Source: a virus
Lineage: Duplodnaviria; Caudoviricetes
Length of the DNA: 53,013 nt
Virus record (IMG/VR): IMGVR_UViG_3300030380_002303
Coordinates: 1 to 53,013 of that record
Direction: 5' to 3' (one strand)
Shown: positions 27,926-36,493 of the stretch, one piece after another
Layout of the letters: the number at the start of each line of letters is the position of its first letter
Numbering within the stretch: position 1 is the first letter of the stretch
Program-made: the position numbers and the translations under genes
Notes under the pieces: model-generated
Told to the model about the DNA's origin: nothing
The model's database searches: none
What the model saw: only the letters and a program-made list of their open reading frames with translations

Positions 27926-28828
27926 ATGTTAGATACTAAACTTTACGAAGAACAACTTGAGAAAATTAATTTTCAAGTGAATATTGAAGAAATAGATGGC
28001 ATACCTACAGATATGGCACAAAAGATTGTTAGAACTGATACCAATCAGCCATTAGGAATTGTTAAATCTAAATATAAGCCAATTAATCATAAAGAAGCAT
28101 TTTTAGGTGCCTTAATGCAAATGGATAAAGGCGGTGTATCTTTTAAAAATTCAGAAATCAAAATAGATGCATATGAAAATGGTGCTATGGCTAAAATGGA
28201 AGTCTTATTAAAAGACCATAACACAAAGATAGGTGAACATGATTTATCTTTAAAATTCATTGCAAGAAATTCTTACAATGGCAGATGGAAATTTCAATCA
28301 TTCTTTGGTTGGTTAAATCATGTTTGTTTCAATACATTAGTTACTGGTCAAAAATTAGCATATACATCAAATAGACATACAAAATCTTTTGATATTAGTA
28401 TGGCTAATAATAAGATTTCAAATGCAATTGAAGCAGTTACAAAAGAAACTGATAGATTTCAAAAATGGTGGGATACACCTGTTGAAGATAATGCAATTAA
28501 AGATATGTTTACAAAGACAATTGCAAAACAAAAATTATCAAAAGGTAGTCAACTAGCAGGTATCAATCAAACAAATAAGAAACAATTAGCAGTTCTTATG
28601 GGTTTATATGATGAAGAAGTAACACAAATACATGGTAGAGGTGATTATGGCAGAAATAATGCTAAAGGCTCTCTATGGTGTGCTTATCAATCAGCAACAG
28701 CATGGTCTACTCATCTTAATGATATTGTTAAAGATGAAACAAAAAAATACATTGTTGAAGTTGATAGACAAAATTCAGTATCAGATATGATAAATTCTGA
28801 TGCTTGGAAGCAATTAGAAACTGTTTAG
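27926..28828 (+). CDS. DUF932-family protein
   Basis: VRTDTNQPLGIV..YKPINH, RNSYNG, VCFNTL..RHT, SLWCAYQSATAW. Confidence 0.85.
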   Translation: MLDTKLYEEQLEKINFQVNIEEIDGIPTDMAQKIVRTDTNQPLGIVKSKYKPINHKEAFLGALMQMDKGGVSFKNSEIKIDAYENGAMAKMEVLLKDHNTKIGEHDLSLKFIARNSYNGRWKFQSFFGWLNHVCFNTLVTGQKLAYTSNRHTKSFDISMANNKISNAIEAVTKETDRFQKWWDTPVEDNAIKDMFTKTIAKQKLSKGSQLAGINQTNKKQLAVLMGLYDEEVTQIHGRGDYGRNNAKGSLWCAYQSATAWSTHLNDIVKDETKKYIVEVDRQNSVSDMINSDAWKQLETV

Positions 28829-28837
28829 GAGGAAAAT

Positions 28838-29113
28838 ATGAGAATATTGCTTTTAATTATAATTATGGGAATTGCATCTTGCAGTTCCCCTAAACATAAA
28901 ACAGTAACTTTAGGTTCTGAAGTGCCACAAGGTAAAGCTGAATTGATACATGAAAAACATATGTTTCAAATGTCTAGGCAAGAAACAATAAATGCCATCA
29001 ATGATTGTCATTCTGCAAATTTAAGAGCAATCATTTATCATAGTAGATTAAAAGTAACTGGTAGATTTATACCAATACCTGTATCTATTCAATGTGCGCC
29101 TAAAATTCAATAA
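28838..29113 (+). CDS. Predicted lipoprotein
   Basis: MRILLLIIIMGIAS-C lipobox. Confidence 0.75.
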   Translation: MRILLLIIIMGIASCSSPKHKTVTLGSEVPQGKAELIHEKHMFQMSRQETINAINDCHSANLRAIIYHSRLKVTGRFIPIPVSIQCAPKIQ

Positions 29114-29120
29114 TAAGGAG

Positions 29121-29146
29121 AGGGAGAAACTTTAAAATTTCTCCCT
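29121..29146 (+). terminator. Hairpin, probable terminator
   Basis: AGGGAGAAA-8nt-TTTCTCCCT directly after the lipoprotein stop. Confidence 0.55.
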
Positions 29147-29239
29147 TAATTATGCAGATTCTAAATTATTTAATTAATTAAGATTCATAACTAGAATTTT
29201 ATATTAAAATAAAAAAATTTATTTGTCCATATTTTTTTA

Positions 29240-29302
29240 GGACTGGCACTGAGTTCGATTTGGATTCCAGAAGCAGTTCGAATCCAATTCCAGACTGAGT
29301 CC
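29240..29302. other. GC-richer structured/repeated intergenic element
   Basis: Two AGTTCGA-N6-TTCCAGA units 23 bp apart; TTGGATTC/GAATCCAA stem; GGACT/AGTCC closing pair. Confidence 0.6.
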
Positions 29303-29328
29303 AACTAATAAAAAATAGTTTAAAAAAG

Positions 29329-29370
29329 AACACATTATGTGTTGACTTTTATAATTATAAATATTATAAT
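29329..29370 (+). promoter_or_regulatory. Early promoter with operator
   Basis: AACACATTATGTGTT; TTGACT-17bp-TATAAT. Confidence 0.9.
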
Positions 29371-29404
29371 ATATGTATAATCATTAAGAAAGGGAGAAAA
29401 CAAT

Positions 29405-29629
29405 ATGATTTATTCTTATGATGCAATTGATAAAATTGAAAATTTTTCTGATGAACAAGTAATACAATTTTATCATAATGCTTATGAAACATTCGTTTTT
29501 GCTTTAGGACATTCTAAAGGACAACGTAATGAATTTGCGAAGAATTTTTACAAAGAAGAACTCGCAAAAAGAGGTATTAAAAACATACCTGATAGAAAAG
29601 GTGTTTTTAATGGTAGTGGAACTTCTTAA
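29405..29629 (+). CDS. Hypothetical early protein
   Basis: 74 aa with its own promoter, shared leader and terminator. Confidence 0.8.
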   Translation: MIYSYDAIDKIENFSDEQVIQFYHNAYETFVFALGHSKGQRNEFAKNFYKEELAKRGIKNIPDRKGVFNGSGTS

Positions 29630-29645
29630 CAAACAGAATAAAATT

Positions 29646-29669
29646 GAGGGATTAATTTCCCTCTTTTTT
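29646..29669 (+). terminator. Intrinsic terminator
   Basis: GAGGGA-6nt-TCCCTC followed by TTTTTT. Confidence 0.8.
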
Positions 29670-29678
29670 ATATTTTTT

Positions 29679-29720
29679 AACACAATATGTGTTGACATTT
29701 AGAATTATAAATATTATAAT
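29679..29720 (+). promoter_or_regulatory. Early promoter with operator
   Basis: AACACAATATGTGTT; perfect TTGACA-17bp-TATAAT. Confidence 0.92.
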
Positions 29721-29752
29721 CTATATATAAAGATTTTCATGGGAGAAAACAA

Positions 29753-30193
29753 ATGACAATAAAAATAACAAAAAAAATAAACAAAATAAAAATTGATGAT
29801 ATACCATTAATTCAAACTGTTTTTGCAAAAAGATGGTATTGTGGAAAGTATGAATATCATAGTTTAGCAGGAGGAGCACCAGACAAATGCAAACCTATTG
29901 GAATATTTACAAGTCCAAAAAATAATAAACAATACATGATATTAAAAGGATTTGATAAAGGTTGCATGGTTAGATTTGCAACATATTATAATGTTGTTGA
30001 ATTACATTCTGAAATTCATACTAATGAGATTGAATATAATAAATTCAATAACCCATTGGAGAAATTACAATTTGATACAATTTTAGATGAAAATATTGGT
30101 TTGTATTCCCAAAAAAGATTTCCTAATCTTAATGAAATTAAATATTATTTTGAAAATACAGAACAATTTAAATTTTTTGAATCTAAATTATAA
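29753..30193 (+). CDS. Hypothetical early protein
   Basis: 146 aa with the shared leader. Confidence 0.8.
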   Translation: MTIKITKKINKIKIDDIPLIQTVFAKRWYCGKYEYHSLAGGAPDKCKPIGIFTSPKNNKQYMILKGFDKGCMVRFATYYNVVELHSEIHTNEIEYNKFNNPLEKLQFDTILDENIGLYSQKRFPNLNEIKYYFENTEQFKFFESKL

Positions 30194-30236
30194 ACACAAA
30201 ATGTGTTGACTTATTAACCAATTAATATAATATAAT
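30193..30236 (+). promoter_or_regulatory. Early promoter with operator
   Basis: AACACAAAATGTGTT; TTGACT at 30206; TAATAT/TATAAT at 30228-30236. Confidence 0.85.
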
Positions 30237-30262
30237 AATATAACGTTTTATGGGAGAAACAA

Positions 30263-30508
30263 ATGACACCACAAGAAAAAGAATATAATCAATATCTTAA
30301 AGATAACATTACACATTATCTTGTAAGTGAATTTCTAGGCAGAGGTCAATACAGAAAGACAAAATTTATCTCTTTTAACAAAGCAAAATGTTTTTATTTT
30401 TCTTTGAAAGAAGATAATCCTATTTGTCAATGTGCATTATATGGCATATCAGAGCCTAAAGACAAATTATATCCTATCAATGTATTGATGGAGAATTTAG
30501 ATGTATAA
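30263..30508 (+). CDS. Hypothetical early protein
   Basis: 81 aa with a TGGGAGAAACAAATG leader. Confidence 0.75.
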   Translation: MTPQEKEYNQYLKDNITHYLVSEFLGRGQYRKTKFISFNKAKCFYFSLKEDNPICQCALYGISEPKDKLYPINVLMENLDV

Positions 30509-30692
30509 ATTAGAATTATCAAAAGAAGAATTACATTGTATAATTATGGCAAATATGGATTATGCTGAAAAATTATGTACTCAACACAATGATAAACCAT
30601 TTGATGCTCAAAAAAGGTATGAATTGGTTGTTAATTTAGAAACAAAATTACAAGGTGTTTGGAATAAAGGAGATAAGATTGATGGAAAATAG
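30501..30692 (+). CDS. Hypothetical early protein
   Basis: 63 aa, GGAG RBS, overlaps the upstream stop. Confidence 0.7.
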   Translation: MYKLELSKEELHCIIMANMDYAEKLCTQHNDKPFDAQKRYELVVNLETKLQGVWNKGDKIDGK

Positions 30693-30846
30693 ATATTATG
30701 TTAAGATAAGATTATATGATAATTTACCAGATATGCCACAACATGGAAAATATTTACAATTTATGATTGAAGCAGATTCAGAAGAAGAAATAAAAATGAT
30801 GATTTCAACAAAGCATACTATAACATTGCTACAACTTGTTGATTAA
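30682..30846 (+). CDS. Hypothetical early protein
   Basis: AAGGAG RBS supports MENRYY start at 30682. Confidence 0.65.
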   Translation: MENRYYVKIRLYDNLPDMPQHGKYLQFMIEADSEEEIKMMISTKHTITLLQLVD

Positions 30847-30850
30847 AGAA

Positions 30851-30927
30851 TTGGGCTCCGTGGAAAGCATTTGTTTTCTCCCAACCCCACTATAAATAGG
30901 CATGCTAAGGTCGGAGATAGGTATGCC
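30851..30927 (+). ncRNA. Candidate regulatory small RNA antisense to the shared early-gene leader
   Basis: Non-coding, GC-richer than its surroundings, two stem-loops; 30868-30884 is the reverse complement of TTGGGAGAAAACAAATG. Confidence 0.45.
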
Positions 30928-31002
30928 ACCGTTAATAGAAATATCCAAATAAGAAAGAATATCCCCAAACACCTAAAGTTAAATATATAAAATCTTCGTT
31001 AT

Positions 31003-31485
31003 TCATGTATTTTTCTGTTTGTACAAATATAAAAGTAAAAATATAAAACCAATGATTGTTAATGTTAATAAACCAATAGCAAAACCATTTATGATTTTAT
31101 GTAATCTTTCTTTTCTTTTATAAAAATTTTCCTGTCTTTCTTTTCTTATTTTACCTTCCATAGCAAGTAATTCATTCCATGCTTGTGGTCCAAATGAAAG
31201 ACTTAAATATTGTTTTAATTCATATCTTTGTTGTTCTAATTTTTTTTTAGCGGCAAAAGCTTCAAGTGCTTGTTGTTCTATAGAACTTGCATACATAAGT
31301 TTTTTAAATAATGGTGGATTTTTTGCTTCTTTTTCTGCTTGGTCAACATCTGATACTGCACTCATCCATTTTCCAATTTGTGATGCCATCTGGTCTATAT
31401 CTTGACCAATTGCAAATCCTTGTTTTATGGTATTAAATGCTTTAGTGGCAACACCAATAGCACCTGCAATTGTTAATGGGTCCAT
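31003..31485 (-). CDS. Conserved membrane-anchored protein
   Basis: MDPLTI.. amphipathic N-terminus, coiled coil, C-terminal transmembrane helix. Confidence 0.75.
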   Translation of the reverse strand: MDPLTIAGAIGVATKAFNTIKQGFAIGQDIDQMASQIGKWMSAVSDVDQAEKEAKNPPLFKKLMYASSIEQQALEAFAAKKKLEQQRYELKQYLSLSFGPQAWNELLAMEGKIRKERQENFYKRKERLHKIINGFAIGLLTLTIIGFIFLLLYLYKQKNT

Positions 31486-31486
31486 T

Positions 31487-31654
31487 TTACCTCACAAGCA
31501 AACCTATTAATAAGACAATAGTTGTACCTGCTGTTCCTATCATAATATGTTCTATTCGTTTAATTCTCAATATAGTTTCTTTCCATCTTTCAGCACAAAC
31601 TGCTTCATGTGTGTCTATTTGAGATTTTACCTCTTGTGTACTTAATTTTGGCAT
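31487..31654 (-). CDS. Small membrane protein (HEAVCAERW; XhlA/holin-like)
   Basis: Coiled coil plus C-terminal transmembrane helix; GGGGAG RBS favours start 31654. Confidence 0.65.
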   Translation of the reverse strand: MPKLSTQEVKSQIDTHEAVCAERWKETILRIKRIEHIMIGTAGTTIVLLIGLLVR

Positions 31655-31677
31655 ATAATATTGTATTACTCCCCACA

Positions 31678-33699
31678 TTATGTTGAATCTAAAGTTTGCA
31701 TAATTTTTCGTTTTGCAGATGTAGATAAACCTTTTACAAACTCAGGCACTGCATCATTTTGTTCTGATGCTAAAGCACCAAGTGAAAAATTAATGTTTGG
31801 CTCATCAAATGAAACATTTGTTGCAGTTGTTTGTCCACTTGCCGATGCAGTTCCACCTCTTACAACATTAATAATTGTATTTAGTTTTTGTAATGCTAAT
31901 TGCCTTGAATTAATATCAGTAAGAGCTTTTTTTAACAATTCTGCATCTTCTGTAACAATTAATTGTACAACTTGTTCTAATTGTTTGTCTGATAAACCTT
32001 TTGTTTTTTCTGGTAAAAATTTTTTAATTAAAGGAATTCCAGATAAAAAATTTCCACTTATCACACTTGCTAAATTACTTGCATCTTCAACAGTTCCAAT
32101 ATTTTTTACTCGTTCTTGTGTAATTGCAGTTGGACTTCCACCTAAAATTTTACCTTTTGCCATAATAGAACCTTCAGCAATTTCGCCTTTTGTTAATAGG
32201 TCATCTAATTGATTTTTTGGAAAAATTTTAGTTAATATTATTCTTTCTTTACTATCAGGACGATTTAAATCTCTTATAAATGTATTTTTCGCTGTCCTAG
32301 ATTTTGATATCTTGTTTTTTATTGAACGAGCTATACCTTCTCTAAATGAATTTAATAACTCTGAATCATTTAAATTTATTACTTCATTAATTCTTATTTC
32401 TGCTTCATCAACATTTTTACCTAATAATTTATTTCCTTCTTCAAATAAATCACTTCCTAATTCTATTTTAGCCCAATTTGCTCTTGTATTTTTTAATTCT
32501 GGTGATATTTCATCTAATTTATTTTTTAAAGACATTGCTAAATTAGTAACAACATCTGCCTCTTCATTTTTTGGCATTCTTCTTAATTCTAAAGCTTTAT
32601 CTCTGATAATTCTATATATGCTTTCTCCAGTTTCTAAATTAATATCTTTGGATAATATATAGCCATCTTTTGTTTTTTCAAACAATGTTGGCAACCCTTT
32701 TGCTTTTAAAATTCTGTTTACATCTTTTGTCAATCTTTGTGGCTCATAACTATTTACAATGTTTAAAACTAAATTATTTAAATTTTCATCACTTAAATTA
32801 TCATATTGTTGAAAAATTTTATTGTATGCTTCTGACTCTAATTTTTTTACTTCTTTTGTTGATTTTTGAACTAAATCTAAAATATTTGCAGAACCTTTTT
32901 TTGGTGCTAATCCTTTTATTGTTGTATCTACAACTGATTTAATATTTTTATCCTCTCTTTTAGTCAATGAATCTCTTAATTGACCTGCACCAGCAGTTCC
33001 TTTAGAATAAATAGCTCTTATTTCAGTAGCAACTTCAGGACTTAATTCAGGAAATGTTTTACCTTTTCCAACTTCTTCAATTACTTCTTCTATTGGTATT
33101 CCTGCAGTATTGGCTATTCTTACAATTTCATCTTCTGCTTTTTTGCCTATTTGTCCTAAAATTGCTCTTTTTAATTTCCCTGTAGTTCCTTTTATAACTT
33201 TTCCACCTACATCAACAGTTTTTGAAAAAATTGGACCTGCTATTGCTGATAATGTTGTATCTACTGCAACATTAATTGGATTTTCAACAATTCTTTCTAC
33301 AACATCACCTTCTTTTTCTCCAACAGAAGAAACTAAACCACTTGTTCCTGCAATAGCCATCGCTCTAGCACCTGTTACAGGTAAACTTGCGCCAAATGTA
33401 AATGGCATAGTTAAAATTCCAGTAGTCAAGGCTCCACCAATCTCATATTTTAATGAACCATCTTTTGTTCTAGCTTTTTCAATTAAATCTCGTTCAATCT
33501 TTATTAATTCATCATAAGATTTATCAGAATATAATGATTGAAAACCAGCAATTGCTTCATCACTAAAATTCATAGATAAACCTTGAGAAAATAACCTTAT
33601 TCTATCAAAATTATTTAAACCTTCTTCTTTTGTAGGTGCATTTTTGATATTTAATTTTTTTGCTTTATCTTCTATTCTTTTTATTTGTTCTTCACTCAT
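31678..33699 (-). CDS. Putative DNA ejection/internal virion protein
   Basis: 673 aa, helical; QGLSMNFSDE motif then a Gly/Ala hydrophobic segment; third gene after the GNAT. Confidence 0.65.
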   Translation of the reverse strand: MSEEQIKRIEDKAKKLNIKNAPTKEEGLNNFDRIRLFSQGLSMNFSDEAIAGFQSLYSDKSYDELIKIERDLIEKARTKDGSLKYEIGGALTTGILTMPFTFGASLPVTGARAMAIAGTSGLVSSVGEKEGDVVERIVENPINVAVDTTLSAIAGPIFSKTVDVGGKVIKGTTGKLKRAILGQIGKKAEDEIVRIANTAGIPIEEVIEEVGKGKTFPELSPEVATEIRAIYSKGTAGAGQLRDSLTKREDKNIKSVVDTTIKGLAPKKGSANILDLVQKSTKEVKKLESEAYNKIFQQYDNLSDENLNNLVLNIVNSYEPQRLTKDVNRILKAKGLPTLFEKTKDGYILSKDINLETGESIYRIIRDKALELRRMPKNEEADVVTNLAMSLKNKLDEISPELKNTRANWAKIELGSDLFEEGNKLLGKNVDEAEIRINEVINLNDSELLNSFREGIARSIKNKISKSRTAKNTFIRDLNRPDSKERIILTKIFPKNQLDDLLTKGEIAEGSIMAKGKILGGSPTAITQERVKNIGTVEDASNLASVISGNFLSGIPLIKKFLPEKTKGLSDKQLEQVVQLIVTEDAELLKKALTDINSRQLALQKLNTIINVVRGGTASASGQTTATNVSFDEPNINFSLGALASEQNDAVPEFVKGLSTSAKRKIMQTLDST

Positions 33700-35087
33700 C
33701 TATTCTCCAATAAATCATCAATTCTTCGTTCTATTGCAAATAAAATTACAGGATTACTTTTTACATTTTTTGCTCTTAGCATAAATTGCAATTGTGAAAG
33801 ATTTAAATTGTTTACAAAATCTTTTAATTTCTTATCTACATCTTCTGGTATTGGTTTAAGTGTTCCAATATCATCTGCATCTTCTTTTTGTATATATAAA
33901 TCATAATTTATATTTCTTGGTATTCTTACATTATATCCTGTTACATCATATTTTTTTGGCTTAATTAAATATAAATCAGAATCTATACCAAATGCTTTAC
34001 TAAATAATTTTTCTTTTGTATTTTTATTATCCAATAAACTAATTTGTTTATCGTAATATGCATAAGCACCATCTCTAAAACTTTTTCTTTGTGTATCAGT
34101 TAAACGACCTTCACCTAAAAGACTATTATATACATTAGCTAAATAATTAAACATACTTGATGTTGATTGAGCTTGTTGTTGTTCACCTTCTCTAACAACA
34201 GAACGAGGGTCTAACATTTTCATGTATGCAAATATCATACTTAAATCAGCAACTTTTGGTTCATCTAAAGTATATGCTTGGTCATATGACACTAATACTT
34301 TATTAAATGTTTGTTCTAATTCTTGAAAATCTTTAACTTCTTTTGATTTTAGATATTCTTTTGATAATTTCATTAAATTATCTTTTTGAATTTTATTTAA
34401 TTCTACAACTGGTTTTGTGTCTGTTTCTGAAATTGTAACTGTAGATACATTATCATTTTTAGATTGAGCATTAATACTGTAATCAATAAATTTATTGTTA
34501 TCATCAAATACTCTTTTACCTGCTTGTGGTCCATCTTTGTAAATCTTTCTACCAAAAGGGTCATCAATTATCTTTATGTCTGTTGTTTTTGGTATTTGAG
34601 TAGTTAATTTATTTTGAGCATCAGGTTGTAATACACTAAATTGTTTTTGTGTAAGAAAAAGATTATCACCTTTTTTGTATGTAACACCATTAATAGTAAC
34701 AGGTTCTTGTGCAATATATTCTTTAGAAGCACTTGTTTTTCCAAATTTATCAAATAGTTGTAATCCTAAAGTTGCTCGTGTCATATCTCGTTTTTCTTGA
34801 GCCTCTTTATCAGCTAAATATTGTCTTGCACCTGTTACAACACCACTACTTATAGCGCCAACTGCTGTTGCACCGGGTTGTGATGCTTTTTGAGCAATAT
34901 CTGCTGATGCAATTAAAGTAATTAAAGCTGGGTCAATAGGTTTTCTTCTAGGTGCTAATTGATTAATAATATTTTGTAATGCACCACCTTGAACTTGATT
35001 CATGTTAGTGGCTGAAACACCTCTTACATTACCCATAGATTTGAGTAAATTTAATATGTTGTCTGAACCTGTACTTTCAATTGCCAT
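33696..35087 (-). CDS. Putative DNA ejection protein
   Basis: 463 aa; DLSMIFAYMKMLDPRSVVREGE motif; position in the ejection module. Confidence 0.65.
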   Translation of the reverse strand: MAIESTGSDNILNLLKSMGNVRGVSATNMNQVQGGALQNIINQLAPRRKPIDPALITLIASADIAQKASQPGATAVGAISSGVVTGARQYLADKEAQEKRDMTRATLGLQLFDKFGKTSASKEYIAQEPVTINGVTYKKGDNLFLTQKQFSVLQPDAQNKLTTQIPKTTDIKIIDDPFGRKIYKDGPQAGKRVFDDNNKFIDYSINAQSKNDNVSTVTISETDTKPVVELNKIQKDNLMKLSKEYLKSKEVKDFQELEQTFNKVLVSYDQAYTLDEPKVADLSMIFAYMKMLDPRSVVREGEQQQAQSTSSMFNYLANVYNSLLGEGRLTDTQRKSFRDGAYAYYDKQISLLDNKNTKEKLFSKAFGIDSDLYLIKPKKYDVTGYNVRIPRNINYDLYIQKEDADDIGTLKPIPEDVDKKLKDFVNNLNLSQLQFMLRAKNVKSNPVILFAIERRIDDLLENR

Positions 35088-36055
35088 TATGATTTTCTCG
35101 TTCCTAATGCATATAGACTTGCAAGAGTGCCTAAACCACCTAATGTTTGTCCATAAATACTTGGTTGTTGTAAATATTGTGTGCCAGATGCCATTTGTTT
35201 TGTTAATGTATCATAAGGAATACCTTGTAAAGCACCTAAAGCAAAATTCAACATTTCAAATGGATATGAAGATTGTGCTAAAAAATCACCATAAGCTGTA
35301 TCTAATGCTCTCTGGTCTAATTCTCTTTCTGCTTGTCCTGCAGTTAACAATCCACTTGCTTCTTGTTCTTGTAATGCCTGTGTTAATGGTGCTAATGCAG
35401 ATAATTCCTGTGTAGCTCTTAATCTTGATGCTTCATCTGTTTCAAAATCTGTTCTATCTGCCATTCTATCAGAATCAAATCTTTGTGATGCAAATTCTAA
35501 TGCTTCTCGTCCTGCTTGTCTGCGTAAATCTGAACCTGCTCTGGCTATTTCTGCATCTGTTAATGCTTCTCTTACACCTAATCTTGAACCACCAAATGCA
35601 CCTGCTCTTATAGCATCTGCACTATTTTGTGTTTGTCTTTGTTGTCGTTCTCTCTCTAATTGTTCCAATGCAGGGTCAATAGCTGTTTGATATACATCTT
35701 GATATTGTCTGGCTGTGTCCATATCAAATGGTCCAAAACCTTCATATCCTTGACCTAATGTTCCTGCCATTGCAGTTGCATCATCTAACACACCTTGATA
35801 GGCTGTATTGTCTGCTAATAAATCTAAACCTGCTCTTTCTCTTTCTGTTAATCTTAATGGATTACCTTCTGCATCTGTTCCATAAGTTGCAAATCTAGGA
35901 CCCTCAAATTGTGGCATTTCACTTGATGCTAATTCCCTAGCTTGTTCATAGATTTCTTTTCCACCTGCCGCTACAAAACCGGGCAATTGTGTTGTGCCGA
36001 CAGTTTCTTTATAATCTGGTAATGGTGTTGCTGATGTAGTACACAAACCACCCAT
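35087..36055 (-). CDS. Putative DNA ejection/pilot protein
   Basis: 322 aa, Gln/Ala-rich, AGAFGGSRLG motif, hydrophobic Gly-rich C-terminus. Confidence 0.7.
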   Translation of the reverse strand: MGGLCTTSATPLPDYKETVGTTQLPGFVAAGGKEIYEQARELASSEMPQFEGPRFATYGTDAEGNPLRLTERERAGLDLLADNTAYQGVLDDATAMAGTLGQGYEGFGPFDMDTARQYQDVYQTAIDPALEQLERERQQRQTQNSADAIRAGAFGGSRLGVREALTDAEIARAGSDLRRQAGREALEFASQRFDSDRMADRTDFETDEASRLRATQELSALAPLTQALQEQEASGLLTAGQAERELDQRALDTAYGDFLAQSSYPFEMLNFALGALQGIPYDTLTKQMASGTQYLQQPSIYGQTLGGLGTLASLYALGTRKS

Positions 36056-36493
36056 TTAAACCTCCATAAATGTTGAGCCTACTTTTTGTAGACCTATTTT
36101 TGTAAAAAATTTATCTTTTCTATCCATATCTCCAGAAAAAATGTGTCCTAATCTTAATTTTAATTTTGCTTCTTTTGTTATTTTCATAAAACTTTTTAAT
36201 AATCTTATAGCAATTGTACTCTTTCTATTGTTTTTATAAACATAAAACCATGCATCAGCTATATATTTTTCATCTGACCACCAATCCTCAACAATTTGAC
36301 CACCAATACTACCAACAATCGTTTTATCTTTCTCAGCAACTAATATTAAACCATTATGTATTAAATGACTGATTTTATTGATTAATTTAACAGAATTTAT
36401 ATTTGGTATATTAATAATTGTCTCCTTGTGCATTGTGTACAATAAATGAATTAATGCAGAAATATCTAAAATTGTAGCTTTTCTTATAATCAT
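36056..36493 (-). CDS. GNAT-family acyltransferase
   Basis: IRKATILD, ILVAEKDKTIVG, WFYVYKNNRKSTIAIRLLKSF, KFFTKIGL. Confidence 0.85.
   Translation of the reverse strand: MIIRKATILDISALIHLLYTMHKETIINIPNINSVKLINKISHLIHNGLILVAEKDKTIVGSIGGQIVEDWWSDEKYIADAWFYVYKNNRKSTIAIRLLKSFMKITKEAKLKLRLGHIFSGDMDRKDKFFTKIGLQKVGSTFMEV

Noticed and set aside
29240-29302. tRNA gene (GTTCGA motifs)
   Set aside because: No cloverleaf: no 7-bp acceptor stem with D and anticodon arms could be built
27420-30265. CRISPR-like or attC-like array from the repeated promoter motifs
   Set aside because: Spacing is irregular and gene-sized, the repeats are -35/-10/RBS elements, and no cas or integron integrase gene is present
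30829-30870. Minus-strand ORF MLSTEPNSLINKL behind a perfect leader
   Set aside because: Only 13 codons, runs into a convergent gene and has no early promoter upstream; kept only as an alternative explanation for the antisense element
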